Sequence record: PV467749.1
Direction: 5' to 3' (one strand)
DNA: 64,000 bases
Source: a phage
Shown here: positions 27,424 through 35,831 of the stretch, piece by piece
Layout of the letters: each line of letters opens with the position of its first letter
Position numbering within the stretch: the first letter of the stretch is position 1
Translations under genes and position numbers: made by a program
Notes under the pieces: generated by a model
Seen by the model: only the letters and a program-made list of their open reading frames with translations
Told to the model about the DNA's origin: nothing
Databases searched by the model: none

Positions 27424-27735
27424 TTATAGGTCTGTCAACTTCAAAACTTTGATCTCCATAAATTCCCTATCAGTTTTTTCAAGAAATTCAACATGGATAA
27501 TACCTTGATAAGATTTGACACCTGAGTATTCGAATATATCATCGCCATCAGTGTAAGTACTGTAATTCTTTTTTATATATTCAGCAATAGAATCTAAGTA
27601 ATCATAGTAATTATTAATAAATGGTGATTCTTTTGATTCGACATGTTCACCAATCTTCCCACTAAAAAGATACATGTCATACAAACCATATATATTTTTA
27701 TATGTGAATTGAACATCATTCAAATTTAATTTCAA
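27424..27735 (-). CDS. tandem family C member (103 aa)
   Basis: N-terminus MKLNLNDVQFTYKNIY. Confidence 0.55.
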   Translation of the reverse strand: MKLNLNDVQFTYKNIYGLYDMYLFSGKIGEHVESKESPFINNYYDYLDSIAEYIKKNYSTYTDGDDIFEYSGVKSYQGIIHVEFLEKTDREFMEIKVLKLTDL

Positions 27736-27992
27736 GGGAATATCTCCAGAGGAACACTCGTAAATCCAAAATCAGTGTAGAACTGTACCTCTACTTTACC
27801 ATCGAGCTTAATGATTATATCTGAAAATTCTGCATGATCGTTGTTGATAATTACAGTACTGAATTTTTCTTTAATCCTCTCACGCACAATATTAATCATT
27901 TCAATACATGTATCTTCTAAAAATATACTATTATTTTTATTTGCTAGGTCACGAATGCACTTGAATGTTAATTGGAAATCTTTATAATTCAT
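27732..27992 (-). CDS. tandem family C member (86 aa)
   Basis: N-terminus MNYKDFQLTFKCI. Confidence 0.55.
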   Translation of the reverse strand: MNYKDFQLTFKCIRDLANKNNSIFLEDTCIEMINIVRERIKEKFSTVIINNDHAEFSDIIIKLDGKVEVQFYTDFGFTSVPLEIFP

Positions 27993-28258
27993 ATATTCAC
28001 CAAATCAACAGAGAATAAGTCGTTATCAAATTTATATGAAAGTACTAATCTACCACCAAAACTATCGACTCTAAGTATCTTTCGTTTTTTTCCATTAATG
28101 AAAATTTCAGTATTAACAAAATACTCACGTAATTCTTCTAGGTAATTTGACCATAATTTATGAGTAAACGCATTTTTATTAATTGTATTAGTACTTCTAT
28201 TATTGTGGTGTAATTTAAATAATTCCATATAAGTGAATTGTATATGTTTGTAATTCAT
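27989..28258 (-). CDS. tandem family C member (89 aa)
   Basis: N-terminus MNYKHIQFTYMELF. Confidence 0.55.
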   Translation of the reverse strand: MNYKHIQFTYMELFKLHHNNRSTNTINKNAFTHKLWSNYLEELREYFVNTEIFINGKKRKILRVDSFGGRLVLSYKFDNDLFSVDLVNI

Positions 28259-28270
28259 ATTTCCCCTTAC

Positions 28271-28297
28271 AAAAAAAGCCCGAACTTATGTCGGGCT
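28271..28297 (-). terminator. strong intrinsic terminator
   Basis: AGCCCGA-ACTTATG-TCGGGCT stem preceded on + strand by A7 (T-run after hairpin on minus strand); 3' of CDS 28305..28964. Confidence 0.7.
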
Positions 28298-28304
28298 ATA
28301 TGTA

Positions 28305-28964
28305 TTATTCATCGTCATCATCGTCGTCGAGATCTAGGTAAATGTCACCATCACCATCATCGAAGTACTCAACCACTACACCAGGAATGTTCAGTGCTGT
28401 AAACATCGCATCATATTTTTCATCAGATGGGATAAGAACAAACTCATCAATGCTTTGAATTTCAGGCATACGATCTTCAGGAATACCCATTTGCAACAAG
28501 GATTGGATGATTTTTTCCTTGTATTCTTGGAACTTCTCTTCTGATTCGAAATCCATAATAAGTTGTGCTACATAACCATCTTCGTTACCAAATGCGATTG
28601 ACATTTGTGCATCAGTACCGACATATGACCATGTACGCTTGCCAGTATTTTTCTCAATGAAGTTCTGAATTTCAAGAACGATTTCATGACGAGAACTATT
28701 GGCAATGTTGTTAAGGTTAGCAACACCAGCAATAATTTCTGAACTATCATTGGATTCTTCGAATGTACCATAGTCACCTAATACATATTGAACACCATCA
28801 CAATGTAATGCATATGCATAATCCAAATCAGCAAGTGAATCACACTTACCACGGATTGGGCGTAGGGAAAGCCCTAGGCGAAGATAACGAAAGTATGTAT
28901 TAGTATTTGTATTTGTCAACGTAATGCTCCTTAACAATATAAAAGTAGTTGCTGTTGTTGTCAA
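28305..28964 (-). CDS. acidic protein with poly-Asp C-terminal tail
   Basis: 219 aa track ORF; C-terminus DGDGDIYLDLDDDDDDE; contains SEEKFQEY (family-A-like); N-terminal 20 aa of the track ORF are low-complexity and overlap the upstream gene, so the start is probably downstream. Confidence 0.55.
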   Translation of the reverse strand: MTTTATTFILLRSITLTNTNTNTYFRYLRLGLSLRPIRGKCDSLADLDYAYALHCDGVQYVLGDYGTFEESNDSSEIIAGVANLNNIANSSRHEIVLEIQNFIEKNTGKRTWSYVGTDAQMSIAFGNEDGYVAQLIMDFESEEKFQEYKEKIIQSLLQMGIPEDRMPEIQSIDEFVLIPSDEKYDAMFTALNIPGVVVEYFDDGDGDIYLDLDDDDDDE

Positions 28965-29208
28965 AAAAGATGACTAATCCTTTGTAGACATTTACACCAA
29001 TCTTGATTTGGCATATTTTATTCGATTTACAAGCCTCAGTCAATAACATTTTGTGCTCTTTACTGAAAGTGTGGAAGAGTGGTTTTACATGCCACATCTC
29101 CACACCATCGAGTACTGGAAAATGTTCACTGAATTTGATCATTGATTCTTGTAAAAAATAACCTGTTAGATTCGAATCATCAGACATGTAAGTTCGCCAG
29201 GAAGTCAA
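28900..29208 (-). CDS. hypothetical protein
   Basis: 102 aa; start may be internal Met. Confidence 0.5.
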   Translation of the reverse strand: MTSWRTYMSDDSNLTGYFLQESMIKFSEHFPVLDGVEMWHVKPLFHTFSKEHKMLLTEACKSNKICQIKIGVNVYKGLVIFFDNNSNYFYIVKEHYVDKYKY

Positions 29209-29473
29209 TTACTTCGTCATGTGTTAACTTATCACTACGCTCTAGAACATTGATGATGAATGGTGTTTGACTATATAATTCAGCCAGAAAAGCAACTTCA
29301 TCAGATGTATAAGAATATCCCATAGGAACAACTTGTGCAGTCCAGTTTCCTAAAGTTTTGTTTGCAATGATTGCAACCACCGTATTACCTTTGAATTCAA
29401 CATGGATTGAACGGAAACCCGAATCCTCATTCTGATCCCAAAGTACTGGGTTAGTTTTGAACAGTACTGACAT
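29180..29473 (-). CDS. hypothetical protein
   Basis: 97 aa ORF. Confidence 0.5.
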   Translation of the reverse strand: MSVLFKTNPVLWDQNEDSGFRSIHVEFKGNTVVAIIANKTLGNWTAQVVPMGYSYTSDEVAFLAELYSQTPFIINVLERSDKLTHDEVIDFLANLHV

Positions 29474-29475
29474 AG

Positions 29476-30009
29476 TTATTTCCTCATGTATTTTATTACA
29501 TCTTCAAATAGTTTAGTTTTCAGTGCATCATCATTACCAGGTAGAAAAGTACTGAAGCTATTAAAATCTTCATTCTTGGCAAACTCACGCATCTGTGTGG
29601 AACTGTAGCGACTTACATTTCGGTCAATTCCAGCTTGAACTGCCTTGATTGAACAAAAATTATATAACTTCCCATTGTACGTGTCAAGTGTTTTTTGGAA
29701 TGGTTCAAGTCTGTCTGAACCACATATGAAAAGAACATCTAAGTACTTTCCATCCAGTTCTCTCATTATATCAAACAGATTATCTTCTGTATAGATATTT
29801 TCTTGTACAGATGGGTAAAATCCTTCTGTATAGTACATTTTCAGTTCAGGAGGTAATGGGTTTTTGACGGCATCAGTACTGGTACTAAGGAATATTTTCA
29901 AATCAGCATTGTACTGTTCTTGTAGTGCTTGAGCTTTTTCAAACACTAAACCATGACCTCGATGTATTGGGTTACATCTCATGAATGATAGTATACATGT
30001 TTCTTTCAT
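29476..30009 (-). CDS. HxGH-motif nucleotidyltransferase, NadD/NMNAT-like (NMN or NaMN adenylyltransferase candidate)
   Basis: 177 aa; N-terminal SFMRCNPIHRGHG resembles the (T/H)xGH motif of NadD (FDPIHYGH) and related cytidylyltransferase-fold enzymes. Confidence 0.55.
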   Translation of the reverse strand: MKETCILSFMRCNPIHRGHGLVFEKAQALQEQYNADLKIFLSTSTDAVKNPLPPELKMYYTEGFYPSVQENIYTEDNLFDIMRELDGKYLDVLFICGSDRLEPFQKTLDTYNGKLYNFCSIKAVQAGIDRNVSRYSSTQMREFAKNEDFNSFSTFLPGNDDALKTKLFEDVIKYMRK

Positions 30010-30530
30010 ATGTTCTTCATCACCTGACCAATAGATTTAAGATAGTTGATTTTAGCTGGAGTCAAATACTTATCCAGTACTATTAAACAACTAGGGAATG
30101 GTGCACTGTCCGTCTTTTTATCTGGTTCTTCAGGGATACCGAACTTTAAGCGACCTTTTATAAAACAAATACAGTCGCATTCTTTTGATGCATAGTTCTG
30201 AAACGCAACCGTATCGGTACGTGAAGGTACAAGTATCAGTACTGTAGCACCTTTGTTGTATGCATCAACTGCCTTAGATAACCACGTTTTCAAATCACTG
30301 TACGGTGGGTTGAGCCACACGATATTGTTTCCCCAGTCCTGTTCAAGTGAATTGTCTTCTGGTGTAAAGAACTTATCACACAATGCAGTTTCTTTAACAC
30401 AAGCTGCATCTAGTGTAAATTCCCAGAGTTCATCCAAATCTTCAAAGAAATCCTTTGGAGTAGTCCAGTTATCTTTTCCAGTACTGAAATGTACTGATTG
30501 TTTTTTCTTCGAAGCATCCTTCTTCGACAT
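30006..30530 (-). CDS. DNA N6-adenine methyltransferase (phage Dam-like)
   Basis: 174 aa; catalytic motif IV VWLNPPYS (NPPY); 4-nt overlap with the downstream nucleotidyltransferase gene. Confidence 0.75.
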   Translation of the reverse strand: MSKKDASKKKQSVHFSTGKDNWTTPKDFFEDLDELWEFTLDAACVKETALCDKFFTPEDNSLEQDWGNNIVWLNPPYSDLKTWLSKAVDAYNKGATVLILVPSRTDTVAFQNYASKECDCICFIKGRLKFGIPEEPDKKTDSAPFPSCLIVLDKYLTPAKINYLKSIGQVMKNI

Positions 30531-30546
30531 ACATAATTTCCTTTGA

Positions 30547-31092
30547 TTATAGACAGTTAAGTACTATGTCATCAAAAGTACTACTGTCAATGTTGTATTC
30601 ATATAAAAATTTAAAATGTGATCCATAACGCATCATCAGATTAAACTCTTCTTCAGTATTAAATTTGTAATCATGAAGAGTTTCAAGGGTACATGTTAAA
30701 CCTAAAAACTCAATAATTTCTGATGTTACATCATTTCCTGAATTGAAGTATTTAACCCAAACACATTTTCCTTGTGGGTTGAATTTTCTATATTCTCCTT
30801 CTAGTTCTCCATTGACGATATGTGCTTTCGCACTGATTAGATTATTACTATAACGCTCTTCGTAGTAGTTCCCATAACGAGCTTTAAGAATTGTAGGCTT
30901 CTTGGTTGGGAATAACTTAATGGAAGTTAATTCAAAACCGCACTGCAACTCTTTGATGTACGAAATACATCCCTTTTCTTTAATCACAACAAAACCAGTA
31001 AAATTCTCTTGGTCTTGGTTCTGATTGTCTGAATCAACAAATTCTAGTGTTTTATAAGTGACGCTTTTAGATTTTTTAATAAATGACATCAT
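30547..31092 (-). CDS. hypothetical protein with MORN/YwqK-like G-x-x-x-G-x-Y repeats
   Basis: probable start at tandem ATG ATG 31092..31087 with AGGAATA upstream; track ORF starts at GTG 31143; GELEGEYRKFNPQGKCVWVKYFNSG repeat-like segment; TEEEFNLMMRY resembles family-A core. Confidence 0.5.
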   Translation of the reverse strand: MMSFIKKSKSVTYKTLEFVDSDNQNQDQENFTGFVVIKEKGCISYIKELQCGFELTSIKLFPTKKPTILKARYGNYYEERYSNNLISAKAHIVNGELEGEYRKFNPQGKCVWVKYFNSGNDVTSEIIEFLGLTCTLETLHDYKFNTEEEFNLMMRYGSHFKFLYEYNIDSSTFDDIVLNCL

Positions 31093-31711
31093 TATTCCTA
31101 TGGAAACATCAATGACTGTACATGGCGTTGACTTCATCAACACCAGTCGAATTATACACGCTTCGCATGTCTAATTCGACGAAAGTACTATGATTTGTTT
31201 TAATTAATATTGACGGGGTTTGCTTGAGCATATTTCATCCCCCCGCAGGGGAAAGAACAAAAAAAGTTTGACGCTGGTGGCCTTCACATAGTTCATATCA
31301 CGAATTCTCTTACGAGGCGAAAGCGGGTTGCTCTGTTTCTCTCTATCGCGGTTCTTGTAGCAACGGTCGTCGGTCTTAAACATCCCGACACATAATACAA
31401 ATACCATATGACCAGTACTTGTATTTGATTTCACGAATTTTGGACGCAACTATATTGTATAAATTACGACCGCAAATTTCTCATGAAATCTCCCTTAGAT
31501 AATTGGTAAGGTGCGATCCTTATATGTCTATCGAGGAACTCTCTTTATCCTATTGGAGTTCTTTATACAGCCGCATTGCCGTGAGTGGTTCAAACTATGC
31601 CATCATCTAACGGGTTTCATTTGCTGTTCGTACTGAAAGGACTACTCATCTACCCTCTACTTTTCGAGTGGATTAGGCTTTAATCATTTCCATATGGAAC
31701 CTTTCAGGATT
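31093..31711. other. ORF-free, GC-enriched island (~620 bp): candidate structured ncRNA(s) or regulatory/origin region
   Basis: no ORF of 60 aa or more on either strand apart from an implausible 81-aa frame; visibly higher G+C than flanks; local hairpins (GTCGG..CCGAC; GTTGCT..AGCAAC); TATAAT near 31151; no tRNA T-loop motif found. Confidence 0.3.
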
Positions 31712-31745
31712 AAAAAAAGGCGACAACATATTCTGCTGTCACCTT
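31712..31745 (-). terminator. intrinsic terminator 3' of CDS 31774..32622
   Basis: minus-strand hairpin GGUGACAGCA-GAAUAU-GUUGUCGCC (10 bp with two G-U pairs) followed by U7. Confidence 0.6.
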
Positions 31746-31773
31746 ACATTATATCATAAACTTATGGTATGTC

Positions 31774-32622
31774 TCAGTTGTATTCTGTTTTTTCAGTGAA
31801 ATTAGTTAAGATATCTGCACTTAAGCTTCTCATAACCTCAATCTTACTTGGCATGAACCTGTGCTTGTTTTTTACATACAACTCATCATCTTCAATGAAA
31901 GATGTGAACATGAATACCATATCTTCACGTGGAATTGAGAGAATATTACAGTTTTCATTTTCAGCAACAGGGGAATCATTGTAGTACTTAGAGAATGCAG
32001 TACTTTGACGACCGATTATGATAGAATTTCGGATTAGAAAATTACTACAGTACTGAAAATCTTTGTAGTACTTGTCAAGGATATATGGCATTATCGCTTC
32101 TTTCACTTCTTCATATCCATTTGAACTATCAATTGCAGTACAATAATCTTCTCGGTCTTTATTCCCTCGATGATTATCAAACTCGTACTCAAAGAATAAA
32201 TTTTCATTTAATGAATTATTTGAACCAACTGATCCACTATAGTATGATTTTCTATCATTCATTCGATCATCGGGGCATGATGCATACATAGAAATGTCAT
32301 GTGTTGACGTACCGATATAAATTTTCTTAGTAATGTGATTGTACGCGATGTAATCATAATCTTGTACTCCAGTGAGCATTAACTGGAACATCAATTCATC
32401 AGGAACATCAATCAACGGGTACTCAAACTTCGAATATCTACTACGACAGAAATTCTTTTCAAATGCTCGATATGCGATGAAATCTTTTAGGTTTGTAATA
32501 GATTCATGCTCATGTGTATTACTGGTGCGTACATTGACATTAGTAGACGAGCAATACCCTTCAGATTCTTCTGTGTAGTCATAATAACCCTTACTGTAGT
32601 CAACGATTAGATAAAGTTTCAT
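31774..32622 (-). CDS. hypothetical Tyr/Asn/Asp-rich protein
   Basis: 282 aa ORF. Confidence 0.6.
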   Translation of the reverse strand: MKLYLIVDYSKGYYDYTEESEGYCSSTNVNVRTSNTHEHESITNLKDFIAYRAFEKNFCRSRYSKFEYPLIDVPDELMFQLMLTGVQDYDYIAYNHITKKIYIGTSTHDISMYASCPDDRMNDRKSYYSGSVGSNNSLNENLFFEYEFDNHRGNKDREDYCTAIDSSNGYEEVKEAIMPYILDKYYKDFQYCSNFLIRNSIIIGRQSTAFSKYYNDSPVAENENCNILSIPREDMVFMFTSFIEDDELYVKNKHRFMPSKIEVMRSLSADILTNFTEKTEYN

Positions 32623-32633
32623 ATATCTCCAGA

Positions 32634-32668
32634 CAAAAAAAGGACGAGATATTATATCCCGTCCTTTG
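32634..32668 (-). terminator. bidirectional intrinsic terminator
   Basis: AAAGGACG-(13 nt)-CGTCCTTT stem flanked by A7 and T-rich tract; directly 3' of CDS 32674..32979. Confidence 0.65.
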
Positions 32669-32673
32669 GTTTA

Positions 32674-32979
32674 TTAGTGGCTTGCCCAGCAGTAAACAGG
32701 ACGTAGATTTTCCATTGGGTTTACTTCAGGCTTCAGTACTGTAACACGAACTTCATACGGAGTACCATCTGCATGATGGAACGTTTCGTAATGAATACTC
32801 TCAATGAAGGTTTCATATTCTTCTTGAGAACGAGCACGAACTGATGGGGAATATTTCTTTTTGGTATCTGATTTTAGTGTAACACTTACTAGTTCTGATT
32901 CTTCACCATTTTCAAGTTTATTGAAATCGAACTCTGGTACACCTTCAAACATATCAAATTTCATTCCGTTGTCTTCCAT
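32674..32979 (-). CDS. hypothetical protein
   Basis: 101 aa ORF. Confidence 0.55.
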   Translation of the reverse strand: MEDNGMKFDMFEGVPEFDFNKLENGEESELVSVTLKSDTKKKYSPSVRARSQEEYETFIESIHYETFHHADGTPYEVRVTVLKPEVNPMENLRPVYCWASH

Positions 32980-33030
32980 TTTAAATTCCTTTTTATATAA
33001 TGTTAGTTAGATAGTTTTTAATAAATCAGA

Positions 33031-33417
33031 TTAGATTACGTCATACGGTAGAGTACCGTGACGGAATTTATCAAGTTGTGCAAGAACTTCTTTACGTTCG
33101 ACAATCTCTGGCACATCTTCTTGCAGTTGGTCACATACTTCAACGATGAAATCCCAATCGCTCTCACAACTCACACGTACTGCTTCAATTGTTTTCCAAT
33201 CAGCACTAATTTCACCTTCAGGATTTACATACGAAGGCCATACCTTTCCATAGTCTTGTACTGATTTGTCGTTAAGAACACGAATAGCATTGAAAATCTG
33301 TCCAGTACTGAAGTGTTTAGTATTCTTCATGTCTTCTAAGCAACATAGCTTAGGTTCACCCTGGACTTCAATCAGAAGTACACCACCAATAGCTTTTAGA
33401 ACAGAACTTGTATTCAT
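33031..33417 (-). CDS. hypothetical protein
   Basis: 128 aa ORF. Confidence 0.55.
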   Translation of the reverse strand: MNTSSVLKAIGGVLLIEVQGEPKLCCLEDMKNTKHFSTGQIFNAIRVLNDKSVQDYGKVWPSYVNPEGEISADWKTIEAVRVSCESDWDFIVEVCDQLQEDVPEIVERKEVLAQLDKFRHGTLPYDVI

Positions 33418-33488
33418 CTATATCTCCATTTATCAAAAAAAGATGTGAACATTATATCACAAGGAATTGTCATGTCCACAATATTTTA

Positions 33489-33782
33489 TCAAATAGTCAA
33501 ACTTTCGTGCCAGTTATTGAAATCGTTAATAGCCAGCATAAACATATTCTCATCATTAAATTCTAGAATATGTTCATTGTATAAGTAGCTAATGTACTTA
33601 TTACTACAGTGTTTGCTATTCATAATTAGCATTTCAACTGCACGTTCATACGAACATGGGCTGAGATACAATTTTGTTCCATCAGGATGCTCAATCTCCA
33701 CAGCACCAGGTGGAATAAAACGTTCACCAGTATAAGGGATATACGGCTCTGTTTTGAAAATAAGTTTGAATTTAGTATCCAT
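33489..33782 (-). CDS. hypothetical protein
   Basis: 97 aa ORF. Confidence 0.5.
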   Translation of the reverse strand: MDTKFKLIFKTEPYIPYTGERFIPPGAVEIEHPDGTKLYLSPCSYERAVEMLIMNSKHCSNKYISYLYNEHILEFNDENMFMLAINDFNNWHESLTI

Positions 33783-33798
33783 ACCAAATCCTCCATAA

Positions 33799-34647
33799 TT
33801 ACATTGTTTCTTTTATGTTGCGTAACATAGTATTAACTATGTTCATCTTCCCGCCCAACTTGAAGTAATATTCCAATTTATTAATAATATTACTTTTTAA
33901 TATCTCAAATATTTGATATTCATTTGTTTTGAAACTAAGTTCGAATTGGAAAGTATATAAATTGTTGAATAGATGTACCAACGATGCATCAGGTGATTCC
34001 ATTGTAAATGTGTAGTTGGCACGATAACCAGTACTAATCACTACATCCGATGTTTCACCATTCATTGATATGTCAATATTATACATCATTGGGCGACCAG
34101 TTGCAATATCTTTCATTCGGAAGAATGCAGTACTACGATACACAACACCATCTTCGGTAACCTGTTCTTGTATAGTGATATTTGAAACTTCACTCTCTTT
34201 GAATTTGGATTCGAATGAATGAATACGATTTGATTTTTCATCATCCGTATACATAGTGCATGTATATTTTCCAAAATCATCTCTAGATGTATAAGATTTA
34301 TCACTGGCGGTTTTATAAAACGAAACTCCATTGATGTGTTCTTCTTTGTACATCATAGTGTCATTGGATTTGTAGTATGAACAATTAGGTGTTGAAAGAG
34401 ATTCAAAATTGTTCACATCATGACAGTAAGAAATAGAAGAATCGCTATACAGTACAACATCACGAATTGCAACTTCTTTTGAAGTACCTTTTTTGACAGA
34501 AATTTGAAAGTCATTGCATGGGAAGATTCTATATCCATCGTATGTATCTGATGTACTGATGCCAAATGGTGTTGGGGAATTCAGAAATTCGTTGATATGT
34601 TCAAGTACTGAATACTTTTTGAAATTACGAAAATCTGTGATATCCAT
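33799..34647 (-). CDS. hypothetical protein
   Basis: 282 aa ORF. Confidence 0.6.
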   Translation of the reverse strand: MDITDFRNFKKYSVLEHINEFLNSPTPFGISTSDTYDGYRIFPCNDFQISVKKGTSKEVAIRDVVLYSDSSISYCHDVNNFESLSTPNCSYYKSNDTMMYKEEHINGVSFYKTASDKSYTSRDDFGKYTCTMYTDDEKSNRIHSFESKFKESEVSNITIQEQVTEDGVVYRSTAFFRMKDIATGRPMMYNIDISMNGETSDVVISTGYRANYTFTMESPDASLVHLFNNLYTFQFELSFKTNEYQIFEILKSNIINKLEYYFKLGGKMNIVNTMLRNIKETM

Positions 34648-34672
34648 CGTAATACAATCTCCTAAATTTCGG

Positions 34673-34703
34673 ACAAAAAATTAGTCGAGAATAAATCTCG
34701 ACT
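34673..34703 (-). terminator. intrinsic terminator
   Basis: AGTCGAGA-ATAAAT-CTCGACT 8-bp stem followed on the minus strand by AATTTTTTG. Confidence 0.6.
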
Positions 34704-34812
34704 TGTGTTTTACTTTACCATTCTTCATTGCTTTTTTACGGTCCACATGTGTTTGAGGTTTATTAAACTCATTCATATGCTTTTGTACAAAGTTGTTTAC
34801 ATTTTTAGCCAT
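34681..34812 (-). CDS. candidate unannotated small basic ORF (43 aa)
   Basis: ATG 34812..34810 with GGAG 6 nt upstream; MAKNVNNFVQKHMNEFNKPQTHVDRKKAMKNGKVKHKSRFILD; stop lies inside the terminator hairpin; below track threshold. Confidence 0.35.
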   Translation of the reverse strand: MAKNVNNFVQKHMNEFNKPQTHVDRKKAMKNGKVKHKSRFILD

Positions 34813-34814
34813 AC

Positions 34815-35288
34815 TTACTCCAAATCGGGATCTTTAACTGTTAGGCTTTCAATATCACTTGCGTAAAGAACTACATTAGTTTGTGTCTCTGATACTTTAA
34901 AATCATGATAACTATCTTTCACTTTAAAATTATCCAAAATAAACCCTTTACTACAACACATCATGATTTTATCATCTTTGATAGTGTATGTATTCTTTTT
35001 CTTACGTACTTCAGATTGTGGGGTAATATTATCATTGTTACGAATAACACAATCAATGTACTCGTCATTTGTACTCATAGGCATACCCATGATAAACGAA
35101 TTACTAGTACTGATTGTTAGTATAAAAACATTAGTATTTGGATTGTGAAAGAAGTCGTGCATAGTTTTACTGCATAAAAACAAGCACTGAATTATGTCCT
35201 TTACATTGAACATTATATCATGAACTTTGAATGCGTCCAACTCTAAAATGTCATCTATCTTTCCATTCTCAACAGTTTTAATCTCCAT
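34815..35288 (-). CDS. hypothetical protein
   Basis: 157 aa ORF, no family-A motif. Confidence 0.55.
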   Translation of the reverse strand: MEIKTVENGKIDDILELDAFKVHDIMFNVKDIIQCLFLCSKTMHDFFHNPNTNVFILTISTSNSFIMGMPMSTNDEYIDCVIRNNDNITPQSEVRKKKNTYTIKDDKIMMCCSKGFILDNFKVKDSYHDFKVSETQTNVVLYASDIESLTVKDPDLE

Positions 35289-35330
35289 GATCTATCCTTG
35301 ATCTTCAAAGGCACTCCATGTGCACATATA

Positions 35331-35831
35331 TTAGGTCACAGCTTTGTATTTCTCCATTGCTTCGGTGATATTCAATACTGCTTGCGGTACGTCACTTTTG
35401 TTGTATGCAATGGTTAGTTTTTCCATGTTATTGAGAAGACTTAGAAACAATGGAAGTACTTCTGCATTGTCACTGAAGTTACAATCATTGACAGTACTCA
35501 ATTGAAATAACTCACCCGCATCAACATTGAGTGTGTTGTATTCTTTAACAATGTTTTCTTCAGTATTGAAGATGTAGAATACAGTCCCCATGTGGTGTAA
35601 GTATACACCAGTTTCATTCTGAATATGACATGGGGTGATTACAATTGCTGTGTTATCAATATTATTTACTATTGTCAAACGCAGACTATGTAACCCAAAG
35701 ATTACAGTACAATCCTTTGTACTGTGTTGGATCTGGTCACTAGTAAAGGAAGACCCACTATGATTTTTAGAACCATTTAGTATTTCTTTGATAATTTTAA
35801 ATGAAATCTTCATCGAATTAGTTAAAAGCAT
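35331..35831 (-). CDS. array family A member
   Basis: 166 aa; core AGELFQLSTV. Confidence 0.6.
   Translation of the reverse strand: MLLTNSMKISFKIIKEILNGSKNHSGSSFTSDQIQHSTKDCTVIFGLHSLRLTIVNNIDNTAIVITPCHIQNETGVYLHHMGTVFYIFNTEENIVKEYNTLNVDAGELFQLSTVNDCNFSDNAEVLPLFLSLLNNMEKLTIAYNKSDVPQAVLNITEAMEKYKAVT

Noticed and set aside
5290-31143. Taking track ORF starts at face value (e.g. 5898, 7925, 17184, 25625, 26862, 31143)
   Set aside because: Base-level checks show several track starts are GTG or TTG codons or lie upstream of an ATG with a better RBS. Feature starts are therefore approximate, and I adjusted those I could verify.
31204-31449. 81-aa minus-strand ORF inside the island
   Set aside because: No RBS or start context; the translation (MRPKFVKSNTSTGHMVFVLCVGMF...) looks like a chance frame in GC-richer DNA.
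31093-31711. tRNA gene(s) or a group I intron in the ORF-free island
   Set aside because: No GGTTCRANYC T-loop with matching T-stem or acceptor-stem pattern found by eye on either strand. A terminator sits directly after the upstream gene and the flanking ORFs do not look like split exons. Only a generic ncRNA or regulatory hypothesis is retained.
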